Positions 1 through 8,110 of a DNA stretch of 64,000 nucleotides are shown here, piece after piece. Position 1 is the first letter of the stretch. Every line of letters starts with the position of its first letter. The notes under the pieces are model-generated. The model was given only the letters and a program-made list of their open reading frames with translations, made no database searches and was not told the DNA's origin. This DNA is from Pseudomonadota bacterium. GTDB lineage: Bacteria > Bdellovibrionota > Bdellovibrionia > Bdellovibrionales > Bdellovibrionaceae. The DNA lies in assembly GCA_041178425.1 (NCBI GenBank), contig JBEGVH010000016.1, positions 64,001 through 128,000 on the forward strand, read 5' to 3'. The position numbers and the translations under genes were made by a program.

Positions 1-380
1 GCCAATTTGATCTTCTCTTCGAATTGTTTTGCAGAGAAAGGTTTTAAAATGTACTGGCTGACCCCTGCGGAAATCGCATCAAGAATATGCTCCTTTTGCC
101 CCTCCGAGGTAAGCAAAATGAAAGGTAAGTTGGTTCCTTGGGGATGCATTCGTACCCTTACTAAAAAATCGTAACCCGACAGGTTGGGCATATTCCAGTC
201 AGAGATAATTAATCCTACAGGCTCCTGCTGGAGTAGTTGCTGCCAATAATTCCAAGCTTTTGCACCATCGTCAGCCTGAACAATTTTATTGTATCCCAAG
301 CGACGTAACTCGGTACCCACCATGTCTCGAATGGTTGGCATATCATCACAAATAAGAATGCGAGTGTCTTTTGAAAACAT
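1..380 (-). CDS. CheY-like single-domain response regulator (3' end runs off the window)
   Basis: Not in the ORF track. Manual translation from ATG at 380 gives MFSKDTRILICDDMPTIR...IISDWNMPNLSG...LLTSEG...YILKPF, with all receiver motifs present. Confidence 0.9.
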   Translation of the reverse strand, partial: MFSKDTRILICDDMPTIRDMVGTELRRLGYNKIVQADDGAKAWNYWQQLLQQEPVGLIISDWNMPNLSGYDFLVRVRMHPQGTNLPFILLTSEGQKEHILDAISAGVSQYILKPFSAKQFEEKIKL

Positions 381-476
381 ATCTCACATGGTAAACTCGC
401 AAAATAGGGACCGCAAATGGAGATTTGGTGGCTAGACTCCCCCTGAGCCAAGGTCTAAGAACATTTGAGAGGGGGG

Positions 477-1076
477 TTAAAATTGATACCCAAGAGCGAC
501 GGCAACAGAACCAAGCATCCCATTAGGATACACCGGCACATAGACAGTTTGACTCCAGATATCCACAAAAAGGTTTAATACCCCTTTGAGGCGCATTCCG
601 ATGAGATATCCTCCGAGGGCATTATTTTTGCCCACCATAGTTTTTGAAGAGCCAAGAACGCCCATGGTTGATTCTGGCAACAACCATCCGGTTCCCACAC
701 CGCCATAAACAACATAGTTTTCGGTTAGATCTACAAATCCAAGCCCCCACACTTTGAATTCAGTGTAACGATTAGTCACATTGAGCCCCTCATTGCCCGT
801 TGCCCGCTCAGTCGAATAAGTGTCGAATCTCAATGCCCAAGGCGATCGACGCAGGTAAATATCGCCAAAAAGGCCGACACCATTAGAACTCATGCTGGGC
901 TCTTCACTGGTCTCTTCAAAAGTTCCGGCAGCAGAAAAAATGCCAATCGAGGTTTGATACTTTTCACTAAAGCTCATGTTCTGTTCTACAAAAGCAAAAC
1001 TGTTTAGAGAGCTTAAAATGATAACACCTATTATCGAGGCAAATTTCAGTCTTTGACTAAAAGGTGATTGCGACAT
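477..1076 (-). CDS. Putative outer-membrane beta-barrel protein
   Basis: Signal peptide, alternating amphipathic strands, C-terminal LGYQF. Confidence 0.6.
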   Translation of the reverse strand: MSQSPFSQRLKFASIIGVIILSSLNSFAFVEQNMSFSEKYQTSIGIFSAAGTFEETSEEPSMSSNGVGLFGDIYLRRSPWALRFDTYSTERATGNEGLNVTNRYTEFKVWGLGFVDLTENYVVYGGVGTGWLLPESTMGVLGSSKTMVGKNNALGGYLIGMRLKGVLNLFVDIWSQTVYVPVYPNGMLGSVAVALGYQF

Positions 1077-1103
1077 GCATTGACTCCTAAAGTTCCAAAA
1101 ATA

Positions 1104-2447
1104 TTATTGCCTGCAGCGAGAATTAAAATTCTCGAGGTTTTCTTTGGTCTTCAACACTGCTAACCACTTCTCACAACGCTCAGAAGGAATTTGCGGGCTT
1201 CCTGGACCAAACAAAAGAGTATCAACAATTTTTTCCCACTGAGCGACCGAGACTCTCATTTCGTCTTCCACATAAACTTTTATGAAATGAGGCAAGAAGG
1301 TCGGAAGAACTTCGACTATTCTCTTGGCCCATTGGCGTCGCGCCAATAGATCATTCAGTTCGCCTCTCTCCTCTAATCTCACATAAACCATACGAGCTAA
1401 GCTCGAACCGAGTTCGTAACCGTACTTGACGGCCTGCCGCTCCTGCCCCGCTTTATCGAGCCAAGGAGAATATTTTTTTCCAAGGTCTTCTACAGTGAAA
1501 AATGAAGGTGATCCTTGATCGGATTTAAGACATCTCTCATCACCGATGCTCTTATCAAATGATAGCGTCATAAAACAGGGATCAGAGCTGTACATCCAAC
1601 CCCATACATCGGCGAGCCCTTCGTTCAGTCCGCGCAGAATCGTTCTATTCAAGAATCGTGTTTTAAAGACCTCTAAAACCTCGATATTTTTTGAATGGTC
1701 TTCGATCTTTGAATTCTGCCGATTAAAGGGAGGAGAAATCGAAAAAACATTAAAAACCGAACGTGAAAAATCAAATAAATGAGGGGTGAATTCATTTAAA
1801 TTGAGAATGTTTTTTTTCTTTGCTTCTGAGTTCTTCAGCAAAGGCAACAACAACAGCCTCGCAAAAATAGAATGAAAGTGTTCATGAGCCAGCACCGCTC
1901 CATTCACAGACAACGGCAGGCCTTTTCGGCGATAGGGAACCACAAAAAAGGAATCAACAGCGGCATCGTAGAACGCATTGTTAGTCATGATTTGTCCGCC
2001 ACCAAGATCTTCGATGAACTTCACATAAACTTTTCGAGCGACATCCGAATCAGGCAGGGAAAGCTCTTTGTCGAGCTTTTGCATTTTCTCTAGGTGTGCA
2101 TAGATGGATGCAACCTCTGTCGAAAAGCGAGTGAGAGGAATAATCGCCCCTGATTTATCCTGCGAGTATTCTAATAAAATATCCTGTGATGAAAGCGTAT
2201 TCTCATCGATTCGCAAAACATGGCTTCGTAGCTGGGCTGCTCCCCCATTGAGAGGCGCCCAACTGGTCACTGTGTCGAGCTGAATCTTTTGAACCGAATA
2301 GGCTCCGTTAGCTCCCATCCAGGGTAGCCAAATTTGATGGCTTATTGATGTCTTCTTCGCGGGAGTACAGCCAATCGAGCTAAAAACGACAAAGAAAAGC
2401 AGCGCACCCCAAAGGGCACCTTTTACCGGTCGGTTTTCTTCGTGCAT
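1104..2447 (-). CDS. Lipoprotein gluzincin metallopeptidase (M4/M36-like motifs)
   Basis: Lipobox SIGC; NNAFY, AHEHFH and GLNEGLAD motifs. Confidence 0.7.
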   Translation of the reverse strand: MHEENRPVKGALWGALLFFVVFSSIGCTPAKKTSISHQIWLPWMGANGAYSVQKIQLDTVTSWAPLNGGAAQLRSHVLRIDENTLSSQDILLEYSQDKSGAIIPLTRFSTEVASIYAHLEKMQKLDKELSLPDSDVARKVYVKFIEDLGGGQIMTNNAFYDAAVDSFFVVPYRRKGLPLSVNGAVLAHEHFHSIFARLLLLPLLKNSEAKKKNILNLNEFTPHLFDFSRSVFNVFSISPPFNRQNSKIEDHSKNIEVLEVFKTRFLNRTILRGLNEGLADVWGWMYSSDPCFMTLSFDKSIGDERCLKSDQGSPSFFTVEDLGKKYSPWLDKAGQERQAVKYGYELGSSLARMVYVRLEERGELNDLLARRQWAKRIVEVLPTFLPHFIKVYVEDEMRVSVAQWEKIVDTLLFGPGSPQIPSERCEKWLAVLKTKENLENFNSRCRQ

Positions 2448-2576
2448 CTTCCCTCACTTCTGGTCACATATCGTTGACCAACCTGACTTTTCAGGTAAAA
2501 AGACAGTCTCTATCTGATGATTTATGACATATCCAGTCATAAGTCTTTAAAACTCTCTAAGGGAGAAACTAAGATA

Positions 2577-4835
2577 ATGCAACCCACAGATATTCTTACA
2601 AAAAACTTAAACCCCCCGCAAAGAAAGGCTGTGGAAACATTACAAGGACCGGTGCTCATTCTCGCCGGTGCTGGATCAGGAAAAACCAGAGTCCTCACCC
2701 ATCGAATGGCAAAGATTATTGCCGAAGGTTTTGCTTATCCCGAAGAAATATTGGCAGTTACCTTCACCAACAAGGCCGCTTCTGAAATGGAGCACCGAAT
2801 TTACCAAATTTTGTGCCAACTCGATTATACGGTCTCAGTTCCTCTGTGGGTAACAACGTTCCATAGTTTCTGTGCTCGACTTCTCCGAAGTCACATTACC
2901 ATGCTCGACTTCCAACCTTTTTTTAATATCTACGATAGCCAAGATCAGCTCCAGGTAATCAAGCGAGTCCTCACTCAACTTCATATTGATGATAAAATAT
3001 TCCCTGCCAAAAATTTTCAATCGCGGATTAACAACGCCAAAATGCTCGCACTCTCGCCAGAGGACGCTGCTCGATCAAATAAACTACATCTCGATGAGCA
3101 AACAATCAATGTTTATAAAAAGTACGAAACCCAGCTAAAACAGGCCAATGCTCTCGATTTTGGCGATCTACTTTTAAAAACTTATGAACTTTTTCGAATG
3201 TATCCCGATTTACTGGCGGGTTATCAGCAAAAGTTTAAATATATCATGGTCGATGAGTATCAAGACACCAACCATATTCAATACTTGCTTGTTCAGCAAT
3301 TGGCCTCTCAGCACCGTAATCTCTGCGTGGTTGGAGACGAAGATCAATCGATCTATAGCTGGCGGGGCGCTGATATTTCAAATATTCTGAATTTCGAAAA
3401 AGATTTTCCTGAGGCCCATGTCATTAAACTCGAGGAGAACTATCGCTCCACGAAAACAATCGTTAATGCTGCTAGCCACCTCATACGCAATAACACCGAG
3501 AGAAAAGACAAAACCCTCTTTACCAACAATAACGACGGCGACCCCATCACCATCAAAGAAGAAAAAAATGAGTACGATGAAGCCCGCTTTGTCGTAAAGA
3601 ACCTCTTAGAGGGCGTCAGCCATGGCGATAAAAACTGGGCCGACTGCGCTGTTTTCTACCGAACCAACGCTCAATCAAGGGTTTTAGAAGAGCAACTTCG
3701 AATGAACCAGATCCCCTATCGCCTTGTTGGTGGGGTTAAGTTTTATGAGCGAATGGAAGTTAAAGATCTGTTATGTTACATGAGAATCACCATGAATCTG
3801 AATGATGATCTGGCATTTAAGAGAATCATCAATACTCCAACCCGCGGCATCGGAAAAACAACGTTAGAGAGAATCGAAGAAATTGCAAACAGTCGCCAAC
3901 TCACTCTTTGGCAGGCGCTCCAGCACTCGGTTGAAAATCGTGAATTTTCTGCGGGTATCACACAAAAGTTAAGACGTTTTATTGACCTTATCGAAAAACT
4001 AAAATTGGAGTCAGAAAAGAGTGGCCTTCTCGACTTTTATAAATTTGCAATAGACCAAACCGAATATGTTGCAAAACTTGCCATCGAACAAACTCCAGAA
4101 GCTCAGGCTCGTATTGAAAACCTTGAGGAATTAAGCAACGCCATCGGACAATTTGAAAAAGAACGTGGCAAGGAAGCGACTCTTGTGAGTTTTCTCGAAG
4201 AAATGGCCCTTGTTAGCGACACCGACGACATGAAAGAAGATCGAAACGCCGTCACGCTCATGACACTCCATATTTCAAAAGGTTTGGAGTTCCCGATAGT
4301 TTTCGTTGTGGGAATGGAAGAGGGACTCTTTCCGAGTTTCCGCTCTATGGATGATCTCGACCCAAGTTCGGTAGAAGAAGAGCGAAGACTTGCCTATGTG
4401 GGAATGACCCGCGCAAGGGAGACCCTGTTTCTCACTTACACCCAATCACGCAGAGTTTGGGGTCAGGAGCAGTTTAATCAACCTAGCCGTTTTCTTGATG
4501 AACTCCCTAAAAACCTTGTGCAATGGAAAAAACCATTTGCGACGAGACCAAACTTTTTAAATTCAAGTGCCGCAACCAAAGGCTTCAGTGGATCAAAACA
4601 ACATAATGATGATTGGGACGTGCAATACTTTCCCGATGATATTCCTCAAGCACCATCAAATCAGCCGAGCTCCCCTTATTCAAAAGGCAAAAAGGTCCGC
4701 CATCCAACATTTGGAGTGGGTCAGGTTTTTGAAGTTGAAGGTAGCGGCGAAGATCTCAAGGTCAGTGTGCTTTTTCAAGATCGTACCATTAAAAAATTCG
4801 TAGCTAAATACGCCAGGCTCGAACCGGTTAGTTAG
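2577..4835 (+). CDS. uvrD: UvrD/PcrA family DNA helicase
   Basis: AGAGSGKT, VDEYQD, YRTNAQSR, EERRLAYVGMTRA and C-terminal HPTFGVG tudor-like domain. ATG 2577 follows GGAG. Confidence 0.95.
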   Translation: MQPTDILTKNLNPPQRKAVETLQGPVLILAGAGSGKTRVLTHRMAKIIAEGFAYPEEILAVTFTNKAASEMEHRIYQILCQLDYTVSVPLWVTTFHSFCARLLRSHITMLDFQPFFNIYDSQDQLQVIKRVLTQLHIDDKIFPAKNFQSRINNAKMLALSPEDAARSNKLHLDEQTINVYKKYETQLKQANALDFGDLLLKTYELFRMYPDLLAGYQQKFKYIMVDEYQDTNHIQYLLVQQLASQHRNLCVVGDEDQSIYSWRGADISNILNFEKDFPEAHVIKLEENYRSTKTIVNAASHLIRNNTERKDKTLFTNNNDGDPITIKEEKNEYDEARFVVKNLLEGVSHGDKNWADCAVFYRTNAQSRVLEEQLRMNQIPYRLVGGVKFYERMEVKDLLCYMRITMNLNDDLAFKRIINTPTRGIGKTTLERIEEIANSRQLTLWQALQHSVENREFSAGITQKLRRFIDLIEKLKLESEKSGLLDFYKFAIDQTEYVAKLAIEQTPEAQARIENLEELSNAIGQFEKERGKEATLVSFLEEMALVSDTDDMKEDRNAVTLMTLHISKGLEFPIVFVVGMEEGLFPSFRSMDDLDPSSVEEERRLAYVGMTRARETLFLTYTQSRRVWGQEQFNQPSRFLDELPKNLVQWKKPFATRPNFLNSSAATKGFSGSKQHNDDWDVQYFPDDIPQAPSNQPSSPYSKGKKVRHPTFGVGQVFEVEGSGEDLKVSVLFQDRTIKKFVAKYARLEPVS

Positions 4836-4862
4836 TTAGTTATTTAGTTGGTTAGTTAGTTG
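4827..4862. repeat. Imperfect (GTTA)9 microsatellite spanning the uvrD stop
   Basis: GTTA GTTA GTTA GTTA TTTA GTTG GTTA GTTA GTTG. Confidence 0.9.
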
Positions 4863-4875
4863 ACTGACCCGTCAT

Positions 4876-4909
4876 CATAAAAAGGGGCTGAGATAAGCCC
4901 CTTTTTATG
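4876..4909. terminator. Bidirectional intrinsic terminator
   Basis: CATAAAAAGGGGCT-gagata-AGCCCCTTTTTATG between convergent genes. Confidence 0.85.
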
Positions 4910-4926
4910 TCTACCAGTTTTCTGAA

Positions 4927-5736
4927 TTACAATTTAATTTGAGCACCCATCAGATACTTAGTTTCTCGTGTGTCGAAAGCTGAATATTCAGAACGAACTT
5001 TTTTGGACGTTGGATTTAGTATATTTCTCTCTTGGGAAACTGAGAGGGAAATCTTAACAATCTTATGAGGTATTAGGTCGATTCCCAATTCTGGGCCGAG
5101 AAACTCTTCCGTTCTCGACATAGCCTCTCCACCCATAACTTTAATTCGATGGTTCATTGCCAAGTAGGGAACAATCGCTTTACCTTGTGCTAACTTAGCC
5201 TGAGAGACCAATTCAAATTTTGAATCAGTCACGGCATAGTCAGTCACCCGCGGACTCAATTGCACTGTTGCCGTTCTTTGTGAAGCTATCGTATATGGCA
5301 ATTTAATATCGGCACGAACCTGAAAATTCTCTTTGAGGAGCCCAGACTGCTCAGAAGTTGGAAAATATATGCGAGCATCGATTTCGGTTTTATCTGAACC
5401 CCAAAAACTAGGTGCTACTAAAAGCCCAGCAACGGCAACATTAGAAGCTATCATTTCTTGATCGGCTTGGTCTTGATTAATCGTTGCGAGATTATATTTT
5501 CCTCCAATCAAAAGACCTAGTTGAGCTTGGTCGTTGAATTTGTAGGCCAGACGAAATTGAGTTTCAGTGCCTGCCCCACCAAGCTCCTTACCGGTCTGAA
5601 TGTTGCTTGCCATTTCGCTCCTCAACGTGGCTGTCCATGGAAGAACAGGCGCCGGCGCTACAATCGTAGTTTCTGATTGGGCCAAAACGAAAGGTGAACT
5701 CAAAATAAAGATTGACGCAAAAACTAATTTTTTCAT
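4927..5736 (-). CDS. Hypothetical outer-membrane beta-barrel protein
   Basis: Signal peptide (VLA-Q), amphipathic strands, ends YLMGAQIKL. Confidence 0.55.
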   Translation of the reverse strand: MKKLVFASIFILSSPFVLAQSETTIVAPAPVLPWTATLRSEMASNIQTGKELGGAGTETQFRLAYKFNDQAQLGLLIGGKYNLATINQDQADQEMIASNVAVAGLLVAPSFWGSDKTEIDARIYFPTSEQSGLLKENFQVRADIKLPYTIASQRTATVQLSPRVTDYAVTDSKFELVSQAKLAQGKAIVPYLAMNHRIKVMGGEAMSRTEEFLGPELGIDLIPHKIVKISLSVSQERNILNPTSKKVRSEYSAFDTRETKYLMGAQIKL

Positions 5737-6016
5737 GGAACCCCCAAAATTTTCCCTTACCCCGAGTTATCTCGACTGTCCGAGCTTGAAAATATCAAAC
5801 TTGAAATTGACGGATTCTTAACGTTATCTTGAGCTATTGCGTTAATGAGTACTGGTAATAATCGATAAGATCTTAAGTTCGACAACTGTAGAATATTTAA
5901 ACACCATCCGTTTAGCTCATAATATTAGACACTTAATGATTCCACTCCTCTGGCACGATTTTCGATAGGAACTCAGTTGAGGGTGTGTTTTATTTCGCGC
6001 CCCCTCGGAGGCGATT

Positions 6017-7984
6017 ATGAAAAGATGGCAATCAAAAAACGAAAAACTGATGGTCGGAGGACTCTTCTTAGTTCTGATGGCGAGTTCACTCTCCTCGACA
6101 CATCTTTGGATTAGCGATCTTGGATCGACTGATTTGGCCACCACCATCGCCAATCCGGAACCTTCGAGAGACAATCAATCAAACACTGATGAATTAAATG
6201 ATATTCCACAAACACTCACACGAAGAACGTTACCTGCCATCGAGGAGTCGGCTCAATCTGAAGGTGATGCTGAGGAACGTTCTGAGACTCGAAATGAACT
6301 CGTTGCACCAAATCGAGATAGGGAAAAAGCCATTAGAGGCCAGCTAAACGTGGACGAGCGAACTTTTGAAGCAACCTATAAGCAAGATGAAAGTGATCGA
6401 TCGAAAACCCTTGTTACCCTCGAACCAGCCAGTGAAACTGAAGGTCAAGCTTGCATTGAATGTAAAACCTATCGTGTTCCAAGGCCCCTAAACGGTGGAA
6501 ATCTCGAAAACATTCAGGCTATCAACAAAGCTTTAAAAGATAAGCTCAAAAAAGATAAAGACACGGTGGCAGAGAGGCCCCAGCAAAATCAGCCTCCTCA
6601 ACGCGAAGACCGTCGACCACGCCCTCGAGATATGAATGAGCGTGATCAATTCAGAAGCGTTGATGTTATCGAGGAACGATGTGGCAACAAACGAAGCCGT
6701 GACTTTTTCACCCTCTGCGCAATGAAAGAGTTTGGTCGTATCGCCAATATCAAGGGAGATGATGCGCCTGATGCCTCAGAACTCCAAGATATTTTCGAAC
6801 AACACATTTATTCGAATCTCCGAGATCAGTTGAAGGACCGAAATAATAAAGGCCGCCAAGATGAGGCCAAAATTGCGATTTCAAATCTTATTGAAAAGCT
6901 CGACACCCCCAATAGCGAAGGAGTGCGTACAGCTCTCACAAAAATGAAACAAATTCCGATGATCCTCGAAGTTCAAGACTTGGCCGTTCTTGAACGTGAG
7001 GCTCGTTCTTTAGAAAAAACCAATCCCTCGCGAGCAATGCGCCTCTTGAATGAATTCAATGTTCGTCGCAATGGTTTTCAACAGTCCTATAATGAGGACA
7101 TGATAGACATGGCACAAGCCTATGAAAATCTTGTGGATGACGATAGTCTTACTCGCGAAAGAGCATTGAATCTACTCTATGATAATTACGTTGACCCTTT
7201 GTCAGCTTACAAAGATGCGCTCTGGAGCAATGACCCTGCGGGAGCATTGAATAATCTTCCTAACCCTGGACTCTCAAACGCCGTCAATGGCGGGTTACGC
7301 GGGGCCAGGGGTGGCCAAGGTGGAAGTAATTTTCCACCACTTAATCAGGCCGGTGGAAATAATAATGGTATGAATAATAATATGAATTCTCGTGGCTATC
7401 CGCAGACAGGTGGAGGTTTCAATTCGAGATTCAATAATGGTGGAAACGTTTCGAACCCAATGAATAATAATAACTACGGACCCAGCAATATGGGCCCGAA
7501 CAATATGAATGGTATGAACAGTCGATTCGGAGCCCCTAATACAGGTTTTAACCAAGGTGGTTATCAACCAATGATGAACAACTACAATCCAGGAATGAAT
7601 GGAGGATACCCTCCAATGAACTCTGGAATGCCGATGGGTAACTACGGATACGGCCCTGGTATGGGCTACTCAAATCCTGGTTACATGGGCGGAATGGGAA
7701 TGGGCGGAATGGGAATGGGCGGAATGGGAATGGGTGGTCCAGGAATGGGCGGAATGCGGCCACCGATGTATGGCACAGGTATGGGTGGCGGACTATTTGG
7801 TGGTTATGGTGGCGGTATCGCAGTCACTCCAATTGGAGGTGGTCCTTTCGGCGGTGGTATGTATGGAGGACCGATGTATGGCGGCGGTATGTACGGAGGT
7901 GGACTTGGAATGATGCCTATGGGAGGCCCTGGAATGTTTCCAATGGGCGGCCCTGGTATGAGCGCAGCTCGTCCGCGATTTTGA
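6017..7984 (+). CDS. Exported protein with N/G/M/P-rich low-complexity C-terminus
   Basis: GGAGG RBS, N-terminal hydrophobic segment, helical middle, roughly 240-aa nearly uncharged tail. Confidence 0.85.
   Translation: MKRWQSKNEKLMVGGLFLVLMASSLSSTHLWISDLGSTDLATTIANPEPSRDNQSNTDELNDIPQTLTRRTLPAIEESAQSEGDAEERSETRNELVAPNRDREKAIRGQLNVDERTFEATYKQDESDRSKTLVTLEPASETEGQACIECKTYRVPRPLNGGNLENIQAINKALKDKLKKDKDTVAERPQQNQPPQREDRRPRPRDMNERDQFRSVDVIEERCGNKRSRDFFTLCAMKEFGRIANIKGDDAPDASELQDIFEQHIYSNLRDQLKDRNNKGRQDEAKIAISNLIEKLDTPNSEGVRTALTKMKQIPMILEVQDLAVLEREARSLEKTNPSRAMRLLNEFNVRRNGFQQSYNEDMIDMAQAYENLVDDDSLTRERALNLLYDNYVDPLSAYKDALWSNDPAGALNNLPNPGLSNAVNGGLRGARGGQGGSNFPPLNQAGGNNNGMNNNMNSRGYPQTGGGFNSRFNNGGNVSNPMNNNNYGPSNMGPNNMNGMNSRFGAPNTGFNQGGYQPMMNNYNPGMNGGYPPMNSGMPMGNYGYGPGMGYSNPGYMGGMGMGGMGMGGMGMGGPGMGGMRPPMYGTGMGGGLFGGYGGGIAVTPIGGGPFGGGMYGGPMYGGGMYGGGLGMMPMGGPGMFPMGGPGMSAARPRF
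7685..7759 (+). repeat. 15-bp coding tandem repeat (MGGMG), 3 perfect and 2 degenerate units
   Basis: ATGGGCGGAATGGGA x3, then ATGGGTGGTCCAGGA and ATGGGCGGAATGCGG. Confidence 0.9.
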
Positions 7985-8005
7985 AAGGTCTTCAGCCCTT
8001 TATGT

Positions 8006-8030
8006 TAAGCCAAAGACACTCTTTGGCTTA
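8006..8030 (+). terminator. Stem-loop downstream of the low-complexity gene
   Basis: TAAGCCAAAGA-cac-TCTTTGGCTTA; weak U tail. Confidence 0.5.
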
Positions 8031-8110
8031 CAAGAGATAGTTTTTCAAAAAAACTTTCTAGCCTTCAGATACAGCACACTCCTTGATAGTGCTGTTAATC
8101 TGGAGGCTTT

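Noticed and set aside
215..451. 78-aa minus-strand ORF in the track
   Set aside because: Overlaps the real CheY-like gene (1..380) in another frame.
8071..8095. ACAGCAC-N11-GTGCTGT inverted repeat before the metalloprotease
   Set aside because: A single 7-bp repeat with no second instance; could arise by chance.
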